Assembly: GCA_002689995.1 (NCBI GenBank) | Contig: NZIV01000062.1 | Location: 76,447 to 140,446 of the forward strand | Source: Fidelibacterota bacterium | Lineage (GTDB): Bacteria; Fidelibacterota; Marinisomatia; SCGC-AAA003-L08; GCA-2689995 | Direction of reading: 5' to 3' | Length of the DNA stretch: 64,000 bases | Shown here: one piece after another, positions 10,312-18,868 of the stretch | Layout of the letters: every line of letters starts with the position of its first letter | How positions within the stretch are numbered: the first letter of the stretch is position 1 | The notes under the pieces: model-generated | Databases searched by the model: none | What the model was told of the DNA's origin: nothing | The model's input: the letters and a program-made list of their open reading frames with translations, nothing else | Position numbers and translations under genes: made by a program

Positions 10312-10685
10312 TAATTTGTTCTCCCCTTGATATCATATTTTTCTACTTTCTTAATTTCTTCTTTTTGACCTATCCACGGTCCAAATTCTTTTTCCTTGAC
10401 TAAATTAGAATCCCATAGAAGAGGTATAAAAAATAATGGTATTGAAAATATAATACACAAAATTAGTAATCCATATATTGACTTAACTTCATCAAATAAA
10501 TGCATAAAATTACCAGCTACTAAAAAACCTTTAAAACAAGCAATTAATAAACCAACAAATATAGCCAAAGCAAAAGAGCTAAATTCGATATATGTCACTC
10601 CTACAGTAACTATTGTCAATACAAAAAGTGCAATTAATATTTTAAAGTAAACTGCATTTGAATGATTTAAATTATGTCCACCCAA
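10311..10685 (-). CDS. Cytochrome c oxidase subunit IV (prokaryotic COX4 family)
   Basis: 124 aa, 3 TM, with KGFLVAGNFMHL, a motif typical of the bacterial subunit IV family. Positioned after coxC. Confidence 0.65.
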   Translation of the reverse strand: MGGHNLNHSNAVYFKILIALFVLTIVTVGVTYIEFSSFALAIFVGLLIACFKGFLVAGNFMHLFDEVKSIYGLLILCIIFSIPLFFIPLLWDSNLVKEKEFGPWIGQKEEIKKVEKYDIKGRTN

Positions 10686-10694
10686 ACTAACCTC

Positions 10695-11291
10695 CTAGTT
10701 TAATAAGTAAAGTACAGGAAATAAAAATATCCAGACTAAATCAACAAAGTGCCAATATAAACCTGCTACTTCAATTCTATTAGTAAATCTTTTCGGGTCT
10801 TTTTCCCACATCTTTGAGCCTGGACCCCATAAATAGGCAAACACAAAAATTCCACCTATTACATGTAGGGCATGTAAACCTGTTAATGTAAAATAAATCC
10901 CATAAAAATTATCAGTTGAAGGATAAATATTATGACTAAATTTTGATGAATATTCAATTGTTTTTATAATTAGAAATATAAAGGTACAAAGTAAAGTAAC
11001 ACCCATGTATTTCTTAAATCCAGGTAAATCATTTTCTTTCAATGCTAACCATGATTTTAAAACTGTCCAACTAGATAAAATTAAATTAAATGTATTTAAT
11101 GTAGCTAGTGGGACACTCAATTCAGCGCCATTTGGTGGCCAAATTGGCGACCCAACCCTCAGTAGTATGTAGGCTGAAAATAGCCCCCCAAATAACATTA
11201 TTTCAGAAGCAAGAAATATCCAAATACCTAGTTTTGCATTATATAAACCAGTTTCATTTCTAGGCTCTACATTATATGGAATCTCAATCAT
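10695..11291 (-). CDS. coxC: Cytochrome c oxidase subunit III
   Basis: 198 aa, polytopic, with the subunit III motifs FFGGLF-like (MLFGGLFSAY), GLHALHVIGG and YWHFVDLVW. Confidence 0.85.
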   Translation of the reverse strand: MIEIPYNVEPRNETGLYNAKLGIWIFLASEIMLFGGLFSAYILLRVGSPIWPPNGAELSVPLATLNTFNLILSSWTVLKSWLALKENDLPGFKKYMGVTLLCTFIFLIIKTIEYSSKFSHNIYPSTDNFYGIYFTLTGLHALHVIGGIFVFAYLWGPGSKMWEKDPKRFTNRIEVAGLYWHFVDLVWIFLFPVLYLLN

Positions 11292-11302
11292 TTAATTAAC
11301 CT

Positions 11303-13024
11303 TTACTTTTCAGTCTGTGGTGAAAAATCTTTATCAGCACCAGGAACGCTATATTCATAAGCGCCTCTATATACAGTTAGCTCTTTATCAAAATTTCCAT
11401 GAGCGACAGGAGGAGAAGGACATGCAGACCATTCTATAGTTGTTGCCTGCCATGGATTCCTATCAGGGTTAGTTTCTTTTGACCTAAAAATTGTAATAAA
11501 AAAATTAAAAATAAATGGGATTTGGGCTAATCCCAATCCCCATGCTGACCATGACATAAACTCATTCCATTGGAGTACATGCTGAGCATGAGCGTACGAT
11601 TGACCTCCATCAGCTAATCTTCTTGAAACACCAGCTAGCCCTTGAATAAACATTGGCATAAATACACCATTCATAAATATTAATGAAAAAATAAAGTGAA
11701 TTTTTCCAAGTGTTTCATTCATAACTTTTCCAGTAATTTTTGGAAACCAGAAATATATCCCTGCAAAAATTGCAAAAATTGTTCCAGGAGCAACAACATA
11801 ATGAAAATGCCCTATTACATAATATGTATCATGTAAATGAATGTCCGTAGGAGCTAAGCCTAAAGGTAAACCTGTTAAACCACCGATGCCAAACATTGGC
11901 ATCCATGCAACAGCAAATAACATAGGTGTATTAAATCTGATAGAACCACCATACAGCGAAAGTATTAAGGCTGATAAAATAATAACAGATGGAACAGAAA
12001 TTATCATTGTTGTTGTTTGGAAAAAAGCGCTCATTCCTTGCCCCATACCTGTCAAAAACATATGATGAGCCCATACCATGAATGACATAAAACCTAAAAA
12101 AATTGATGAGTAAACTAATGGTTTATAACCCCAAAGAGGTTTTCTAGTATTATTGGCCACAACTTCTGCAACTATACCCATTCCTGGTAATATCAAAACA
12201 TAGACCTCAGGATGAGCTAAAAACCAAAATAAGTGTTGCCACAACAAAGGACTTCCACCCCCCGCGACATCAAGTGGTGAACCAGCATGTACTAAGCCTG
12301 AAGGCAAGAAAAAGCTTGTAGCAAATTCCCTATCCATTAATTGAAGTATAGCAGCAGCTTCAAGAGGAGGAAAAGCTAAAACTAATAAAAATGCTGTGAC
12401 TAATTGAGTCCAAACAAAAAACGGTAGTCTCATCCATGTAAGTCCTTTAGGCCTTAGCTGCACGATAGTTACTATAATATTCATAGAACCCATCAATGAT
12501 GAAGTAATCAAAAATATCATTCCAAGAAGCCAAACTGTTTCACCATTGTCAGCTACTACCGCAAGTGGAGGATACATTGTCCAACCAGAAGCCGCAGGAC
12601 CAGTAGGCATAAAAAAGCTCGCGAACATGATAATTCCACCAGCTAAATAAGTCCAATAGCTTAGCATATTAAGCTTTGGAAATGCCATGTCTGGTGCACC
12701 TACTTGAAGTGGAACTAAATAGTTTCCAAATGCACCGGCTACCATTGGAACCACTCCTAAAAAAATCATTATAGTACCATGCATCGCTCCGAATGCATTA
12801 TATTGATCTGGAGATAATAACCCATTCTCGCTTAATAAAAATCCAATAAATGGAACCGGGGTGTCTGGAAAGGCTAGCTGGTATCGCATAACAGCCATTA
12901 ACAAGAAACCAATTAAAAGGAATACTAGACTTGTAACCCCATATTGAATTCCAATTACTTTATGATCTTGAGAAAATATATATTTAGAAACAAAACTTTC
13001 TTCATCATGGTCATTTTGACTCAA
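11303..13024 (-). CDS. coxA: Cytochrome c oxidase subunit I (A-type haem-copper oxidase)
   Basis: 573 aa with GAPDMAFPKLN, WFLAHPEVYVLILP (His-Tyr site) and HDTYYVIGHFHYV. Confidence 0.95.
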   Translation of the reverse strand: MSQNDHDEESFVSKYIFSQDHKVIGIQYGVTSLVFLLIGFLLMAVMRYQLAFPDTPVPFIGFLLSENGLLSPDQYNAFGAMHGTIMIFLGVVPMVAGAFGNYLVPLQVGAPDMAFPKLNMLSYWTYLAGGIIMFASFFMPTGPAASGWTMYPPLAVVADNGETVWLLGMIFLITSSLMGSMNIIVTIVQLRPKGLTWMRLPFFVWTQLVTAFLLVLAFPPLEAAAILQLMDREFATSFFLPSGLVHAGSPLDVAGGGSPLLWQHLFWFLAHPEVYVLILPGMGIVAEVVANNTRKPLWGYKPLVYSSIFLGFMSFMVWAHHMFLTGMGQGMSAFFQTTTMIISVPSVIILSALILSLYGGSIRFNTPMLFAVAWMPMFGIGGLTGLPLGLAPTDIHLHDTYYVIGHFHYVVAPGTIFAIFAGIYFWFPKITGKVMNETLGKIHFIFSLIFMNGVFMPMFIQGLAGVSRRLADGGQSYAHAQHVLQWNEFMSWSAWGLGLAQIPFIFNFFITIFRSKETNPDRNPWQATTIEWSACPSPPVAHGNFDKELTVYRGAYEYSVPGADKDFSPQTEK

Positions 13025-13163
13025 TCAATACTCCTAAAATAGATTTAAAAATTATCACTAAATTTTTAAACGTAATGTTTAAAATACTTAAAAATTATCA
13101 ATAGAAAATTTAAGAGAGAATTTTCTTTCAATAAAAGATATATCCGAGTGAATTATAATTTAC

Positions 13164-13991
13164 TTAGAGAATAAAATTTTGCTCAATAATGTATAGTATT
13201 AGTAATAATGGAAGATAAAATACTGTTGTTTTAAGCAGAATTTTTGCCGTTCTTCCATTTTGCTTTAAAATTAATCCCATACTTGAAAAAAAGAATATCA
13301 TACCTAGTATCATGGCGCTAGCTAAATAAAAAGTACCCGCAATCCCCACCATAGTAGGTAAAATACTGTAGTAAATCATTAGAAAAGTAAAAATAAAAAT
13401 ATAAAGGCGGAATACTGTTATTTTTTTTTCGCCAGTGTACATTTTAAAACCCCCTTTTTTATAATCTTTTCTATAAATCCAAGCTATAGATAAAAAATGT
13501 GGAATTTGCCATGCAAATAAAATTGCAAATAAAATCCATGCTTCTTTAGAGAGCTTACCTGTTGCTGCTAGCCATCCGCCAAGCGGAGGGAGTGCACCAG
13601 GAAAAGCTCCAACGAGAGTATTTAATGGCGTTTTCCTTTTTAAAGGAGTGTAGATAAATAGATATAAAACAAGAGTTAATGCTGATATAATAGCTGTACC
13701 TTTATTAACTAAGAACCAAAATAGAGCTAGACCAATTGATGACATCAAAACTCCAAAAATCAATCCTGCCTTTGCACTTATTGTTCCTGATGGTATTGGT
13801 CTATTTTTTGTTCGATCCATCAACTTATCTAAATCAGCTTCGATATATTCATTTAAAGCTGCGACACCACAAGATGAAAAAAGTGCTCCCAATACCAATG
13901 ATATTATAAAAATAGGTTCATAGCTAGAAATTGACTGATTTAATTTTACTATGCCTGCATAAAATCCAAACCAAGTAGAAATTAATACCAT
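13164..13991 (-). CDS. ctaB: Protohaem IX farnesyltransferase (haem O synthase). The true start is probably upstream of the listed ATG.
   Basis: UbiA-family motifs (NEYIEADLDKLMDRTKNRPIPSG). The conserved LSKPEITL N-terminal motif lies in frame upstream of the ATG (see findings). Confidence 0.85.
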   Translation of the reverse strand: MVLISTWFGFYAGIVKLNQSISSYEPIFIISLVLGALFSSCGVAALNEYIEADLDKLMDRTKNRPIPSGTISAKAGLIFGVLMSSIGLALFWFLVNKGTAIISALTLVLYLFIYTPLKRKTPLNTLVGAFPGALPPLGGWLAATGKLSKEAWILFAILFAWQIPHFLSIAWIYRKDYKKGGFKMYTGEKKITVFRLYIFIFTFLMIYYSILPTMVGIAGTFYLASAMILGMIFFFSSMGLILKQNGRTAKILLKTTVFYLPLLLILYIIEQNFIL

Positions 13992-14225
13992 AAGTGTAAT
14001 TTCTGGTTTGGATAAATGAAAAAATGCTTTAATTAATTTTATTTTAAACTCTCTATTCTTTTATAATTGTGAAATAATTTAACCACATAATTTACCATTT
14101 AACTTAAATTTATTAATAAAGCTAAAATTTGTAAATTCTATTTGTTGGTGGGAGTATTTCCTAACTCTTAAATTTAAGTATCTGATAATGTATAAATTTC
14201 AATTTTTTAGGAGAAAATAAAAATC

Positions 14226-14927
14226 ATGTTTAATTTCAAAAATAGTGTGGTACTAATTTTAGTAATGTCTCTTGCTTTAAGTGGAACAATTACTGGAACT
14301 GTAACTTTTGAAGGTAAAGCACCAAAAAGAAAAAAATTAAAAATGAATGCTGATCCTGTGTGTGGCTCTGCTCATAAAACACCAGTATTAGATGAAAAAT
14401 TAATTTTAAATGAGAAAAATCAAATTAAAAACGTTTTAGTTTGGGTTGAAGGTGCAAAAGGAAGTTCACCCAAATCAGCTGCAGTACTTGACCAGAATGG
14501 CTGTATTTACAGCCCGCATGTTTTAGGGATACAGAAAGGTCAGGACTTATTAATCAAAAATAGTGATGCTACACTACACAATATTCATTCAATGTCAAAA
14601 ACAAACTCTTCATTTAACTTTGCAATGCCTAAAGTTGTTAAGGAAAAAACTGTGTCTTTTAATAAAGTTGAAGAGCCTTTTGCAATTAAATGTGATGTAC
14701 ATCCTTGGATGAAATCTTATGTTTCTGTTTTTGACCATGGTTTTTTTGCTGTAACTGATGAAAATGGAGACTATACTATTGAAGGAGTACCTGCAGGTGA
14801 ATATGAAGTCGTTGCTTGGCAAGAACGATTTAAAATGAAAGGTACCTTAACTCAAAAAGTTAGTGTAAAAGATGGATCTACTACAGCTGATTTCACATTT
14901 AAAAAACCATCAAAAAAGAAGAAGTAA
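14226..14927 (+). CDS. Secreted cupredoxin-like (type-1 copper motif) protein with a C-terminal beta-sandwich domain and a basic tail
   Basis: Signal peptide. LHNIHS ... CDVHPWM gives an H...C-x2-H-x2-M pattern. The C-terminal segment resembles a CarboxypepD_reg-like domain (DENGDYTIEGVPAGEYEVVAWQ). Ends in KKPSKKKK. AGGAG lies upstream. Confidence 0.6.
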   Translation: MFNFKNSVVLILVMSLALSGTITGTVTFEGKAPKRKKLKMNADPVCGSAHKTPVLDEKLILNEKNQIKNVLVWVEGAKGSSPKSAAVLDQNGCIYSPHVLGIQKGQDLLIKNSDATLHNIHSMSKTNSSFNFAMPKVVKEKTVSFNKVEEPFAIKCDVHPWMKSYVSVFDHGFFAVTDENGDYTIEGVPAGEYEVVAWQERFKMKGTLTQKVSVKDGSTTADFTFKKPSKKKK

Positions 14928-14952
14928 AGATAATTAATAAAATATTACAGGG

Positions 14953-14981
14953 ATGGGGTAGGTAAGCTTACCCCATTTTTT
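14953..14981 (+). terminator. Rho-independent terminator-like hairpin after the cupredoxin gene
   Basis: ATGGGGTA-(8 nt loop)-TACCCCAT followed by a T6 run. The ctaA ATG (14982) follows the T-tract directly. Confidence 0.55.
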
Positions 14982-16016
14982 ATGTCATCATATTCTGGTA
15001 AATATCATTCAAAACTATATTATTGGTCTGTTATGACCACTACTTGTACATTCATCCTTATTTTTATTGGTGGACTAGTAAAAAGTACTGAGTCAGGCTT
15101 ATCTGTACCTGATTGGCCTACAACTTTCGGAGAAAACATGTTTTTATTCCCCATCTCTAGTATGGTTGGAGGTATTCTATATGAGCATGGACACCGATTA
15201 TTTGCATCTTTAGTAGGTTTTCTTATTTTAGTGCAAACAATTTGGATTTTATTTATAGAAGAGCGTTTGTGGGTTAAAAAATTAAGCGGAATTACATTGA
15301 CAGCTGTTATTATTCAAGGTATGCTTGGCGGCCTGACTGTCCATTATTTACTACCTGTTTGGATATCAGCATCACATGGTACAATTGCACAAACAACACT
15401 ATGCTTAACACTGTTAATTAGTGTAGTAACTTCTAAAATATGGATTCAGCATTCTAAACAAATAATTAATGCTAAGATATTTAAAGTATCTTCAATTGTA
15501 ACTGCCTTAATATGGATCCAACTAGTACTAGGTGCTGTCATGCGTCATTCTGAAGCTGGTCTAATGGCATTTGACTTTCCATTGATGAACGGAGATTTAT
15601 TTCCTTCTGTTGATAAAATACATGATTATAATGAGATTAGAAATGATTTTATTTGGAACAACATTGATGATGCTGACTCAGCCTTAACTCAAATACATGT
15701 TTTAGATGAGCACTTAGAAGCAATTACTCCTTTCAAAATGTTAATCCATTTTGCACATCGTTTTTGGGCTTTTATAGTTTTCTGCGGAATAATCTACTTA
15801 TCCTATTCTGTGCTTAAGTTTTCAAGTAATAGTGATATTATGAAAATTTCAGTAGCATTTTTATTATTTGTAGCTACAATGCAAATAACCTTAGGAGTAT
15901 TTTCTGTTTGGTCTATTAGAGATATTTTAATTACTACATTACATGTAGGTAATGGTTCTTTAGTTTTAGCTACAAGTTTTTATATTACAATTTGGGCTTG
16001 GCGACTAAAGAATTAA
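14982..16016 (+). CDS. ctaA: Haem A synthase (COX15/CtaA family)
   Basis: 344 aa, about 8 TM, with conserved His in HGHRLFA and FAHRFWA and an SGLSVPDWP motif. Confidence 0.8.
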   Translation: MSSYSGKYHSKLYYWSVMTTTCTFILIFIGGLVKSTESGLSVPDWPTTFGENMFLFPISSMVGGILYEHGHRLFASLVGFLILVQTIWILFIEERLWVKKLSGITLTAVIIQGMLGGLTVHYLLPVWISASHGTIAQTTLCLTLLISVVTSKIWIQHSKQIINAKIFKVSSIVTALIWIQLVLGAVMRHSEAGLMAFDFPLMNGDLFPSVDKIHDYNEIRNDFIWNNIDDADSALTQIHVLDEHLEAITPFKMLIHFAHRFWAFIVFCGIIYLSYSVLKFSSNSDIMKISVAFLLFVATMQITLGVFSVWSIRDILITTLHVGNGSLVLATSFYITIWAWRLKN

Positions 16017-16024
16017 TATATCAT

Positions 16025-16858
16025 CTATTTAAAATTTTCCCAATAAATATCATACGTTTCATATTCATATTTAGATCCTTTAGGGACATCAACCGAAATA
16101 GTAAAAGTACCAATATCACCTGGATTTAATGCACTATCAGTTATAACACCATTAGAATACTTAATTTTTGAACCGTCAACAAATGCTGAGTCAGACGCTA
16201 TTAACTTTGTATTCTCATCCCAAATCTTAAATATAATCCTAACAAAATCAGCTTTATGTTTACCATTATTAACAAGTTTACCGGAATAAATAAACTTTTG
16301 TCCTTCATCACGTCGTTCTGGACCACTAAATGTTCCATCCATCTTAACTTCTGGGGCCGGTGCAGAAACTTCAGTATATTCTTCTATGGTTGTCTTGTCT
16401 AATGTAATTTGACCAAGTTGAGTTTCTACGGTCATTTTTTCTGAGTCTTCTTTTAAGATATTACCATGAACAATAGTTCCATTTGAAAGCGTGATTCTAT
16501 GCTTTAAATGAGGAGTTTTTATAATTTTAAGCATATCTGTATTTACATTTGGTACTGAAACTCTAGTTTCGTATTCCACTATTCTAGCTTTCAACTCGTT
16601 CATTTCACGTCTTAAATCATCAAGTGATTCTTTAAGAGGATAAAATGAACCAGACATAACTAAGTTAGTTTCTACAACTTGAACTTCAGGATCATCTTCA
16701 AATGGAGTCTCACCTATTTCTTTTTCAATCTCTTCTACTGTGCCTAATTCATTGACATCAGAATTTAAATTTACTTCTGGAGAAGGTTCATTTTTTCTAA
16801 ACAATGAGCACCCTGATAAAAAAAGTAAAATTAAAAATAAATATAAAAACTTTTTCAT
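16025..16858 (-). CDS. Lipoprotein, unknown function (coiled-coil segment plus C-terminal beta-sandwich-like domain)
   Basis: Lipobox LFLSGCS. No recognisable catalytic motif. Overlaps the upstream gene stop by 1 nt. Confidence 0.5.
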   Translation of the reverse strand: MKKFLYLFLILLFLSGCSLFRKNEPSPEVNLNSDVNELGTVEEIEKEIGETPFEDDPEVQVVETNLVMSGSFYPLKESLDDLRREMNELKARIVEYETRVSVPNVNTDMLKIIKTPHLKHRITLSNGTIVHGNILKEDSEKMTVETQLGQITLDKTTIEEYTEVSAPAPEVKMDGTFSGPERRDEGQKFIYSGKLVNNGKHKADFVRIIFKIWDENTKLIASDSAFVDGSKIKYSNGVITDSALNPGDIGTFTISVDVPKGSKYEYETYDIYWENFK

Positions 16859-17952
16859 TAGTTAATTTCTCCTTTACCTGAATAAGCCTTGTAAGCTGCT
16901 ATTCTAAGGTCATTTTTATATTCATCAAATTTTTTCATTTTGTTTAACATATCTATTATTTCAGGATAAAACATATAATTTTTCGGATGCTCTAAAATTG
17001 CAATTATTTCAGGTATCACAGAGACGTCATTAAAATCGGTCACTGCCTGCAACGCTCTTAAGCGCATATTTTGAGGATAATCTTCTGATTTGACAATTTC
17101 TTTAAGAGGTGCCAATAAACTTGGATCCTTAAATTCTGCAACAGCAAGTAATAAATGATTGAGTAGTTTAGAATATTCTGCTTTACCTTGATTATAAGCA
17201 GTTAAAATAGACGTTAAAATTTGACTTTCTTCAATATCTCCCATTGCCTGTAATGCAAATTCTTTTGCTTTTAAATTAGATTTAGGGTCACCTAACATAT
17301 CAATAAAGTAATTAGTTACTTCAGGACCCTCTTTTTTACTCAATACATCAATTGATAAGCTCCTAACCCCTATATCGAAATTTTCATTTCTTGAAATATC
17401 AATTAACCAAGGAATGACTTTTGAATCTTCCATAGATCCAAGTGTATAGGTTAACAAAGAATCCATTTTAATTTGTTGTCTTTTATTTATTTCATAAAGC
17501 TCCAATAATGTAGTAACAGCGTCCTGAGTACCTACACTATTAATTGCAGACATATAAGCTTCTCTAGTTTCAAAAATTTTATCTTCTGTGACCATTAAAC
17601 CTTTTGTTAGATAGGGATTTGAATATTCGTTTCCAAATTCTTTCAAGATATTTACTGCTTGAATCATGAGTTCAAGATCAATTAAACCACTCTCACCTAC
17701 TGTTTGTTGAACTGCCTCAATAGTCATAGGATGACGACTATCTCTAAGAGCACTGAGCGCAGCCATTCTAACATCAGATGCTTGTGCTTGGTCTTGAAAA
17801 ATTTTAACTAATTCAGCAATAGAATCTTCTTTTCCATTTATATAAGCCAACCGATGTTTCTCAACTTCTTCTAATGAAAACACAGTACTATTTGCTGCAC
17901 AGCCCCAAAAGAAAAATAATACTAATAATGTAATTATATGGTTTTTATACAT
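16858..17952 (-). CDS. HEAT-repeat (PBS-lyase-like) lipoprotein
   Basis: The start was trimmed to the ATG at 17952 (MYKNHIITLLVLFFFWGCAAN, a lipobox). Repeated xVRxxAxxAL-type helical repeats are present. Confidence 0.6.
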   Translation of the reverse strand: MYKNHIITLLVLFFFWGCAANSTVFSLEEVEKHRLAYINGKEDSIAELVKIFQDQAQASDVRMAALSALRDSRHPMTIEAVQQTVGESGLIDLELMIQAVNILKEFGNEYSNPYLTKGLMVTEDKIFETREAYMSAINSVGTQDAVTTLLELYEINKRQQIKMDSLLTYTLGSMEDSKVIPWLIDISRNENFDIGVRSLSIDVLSKKEGPEVTNYFIDMLGDPKSNLKAKEFALQAMGDIEESQILTSILTAYNQGKAEYSKLLNHLLLAVAEFKDPSLLAPLKEIVKSEDYPQNMRLRALQAVTDFNDVSVIPEIIAILEHPKNYMFYPEIIDMLNKMKKFDEYKNDLRIAAYKAYSGKGEIN

Positions 17953-17987
17953 ATTAAAATTCCATTTTATTTTTTTAATTAATTGAA

Positions 17988-18728
17988 TCAAGAAATTTCT
18001 TCCCAATTTAATTGTCTCCAACCCTTATCATCTCGAATTGTTACGGAGAAATGTTTTATCCAATCTCCCATCCAAATCAACCGATTTTTATGAAATTCAT
18101 TTATACCTATTCTATGGTAATGCCCAACTAAAACAGTATCAATATTTTTATTAAACTGAGAATGTGCAAAATTTGTAATATCATCTACTACATCAGCATT
18201 CTCATTGTACCCATCATTAAAATGACGGCTTGTTTTGGATATCTTACTTGCAAGTTTACATCCAATTTTGGTTCGAAGTAAACCAAAAAGAAAGATAGAT
18301 ATAGGATGTCTAATAATTTTTTTCATCAAGCGATAACCATAATCATTTTTTAATAACCCATCACCATGAGTTACTAGAATTTTCTCATTTCCTATGCTAA
18401 ATTCTAAATTTTCTGGATATACTTTAGCATTAAATTTATCGCAAAAATAACCAAAATCCCAAAAATCATGGTTCCCTAACACATAATGTATTTCTATACC
18501 ACTTAAATTTAAATCAGTTAATGCATCAAAAATACTTTCATAGCCTTGAATTTGATTTTTCCTATAGTCAAACCAAAAGTCTAAAAAATCACCTCCAATT
18601 ACTAAAGTACCCTTTGTTTCTTTTATTTTTTCAAATAATCGAAAAATGAGTTCTCGCCGATATTTTTCATTATAATAATTGAAAAATTGAAAATGATTAT
18701 CGGAAATAAAATAAACAGGTGTGTTCAT
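17988..18728 (-). CDS. lpxH: UDP-2,3-diacylglucosamine hydrolase-like metallophosphoesterase
   Basis: Calcineurin-like motifs SDNH, GDFLDFW, GNHDFW and THGDG. Size of 246 aa fits. Confidence 0.7.
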   Translation of the reverse strand: MNTPVYFISDNHFQFFNYYNEKYRRELIFRLFEKIKETKGTLVIGGDFLDFWFDYRKNQIQGYESIFDALTDLNLSGIEIHYVLGNHDFWDFGYFCDKFNAKVYPENLEFSIGNEKILVTHGDGLLKNDYGYRLMKKIIRHPISIFLFGLLRTKIGCKLASKISKTSRHFNDGYNENADVVDDITNFAHSQFNKNIDTVLVGHYHRIGINEFHKNRLIWMGDWIKHFSVTIRDDKGWRQLNWEEIS

Positions 18729-18868
18729 TTATTTAAATTACGGGCTTTAATAAATAAAAACATAGTAAATACACAAAGAAACAAAATAATCTCAAATCAA
18801 AATTAAAATAATGCTTAGTTTAATATAATATCCTAAGTACAAAATTTATATTAATTCAGAATAATTTT

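Noticed and set aside
17953-18021. N-terminal extension of track ORF 16858..18021
   Set aside because: It overlaps the end of the lpxH-like gene. The internal ATG at 17952 gives a proper lipoprotein signal peptide.
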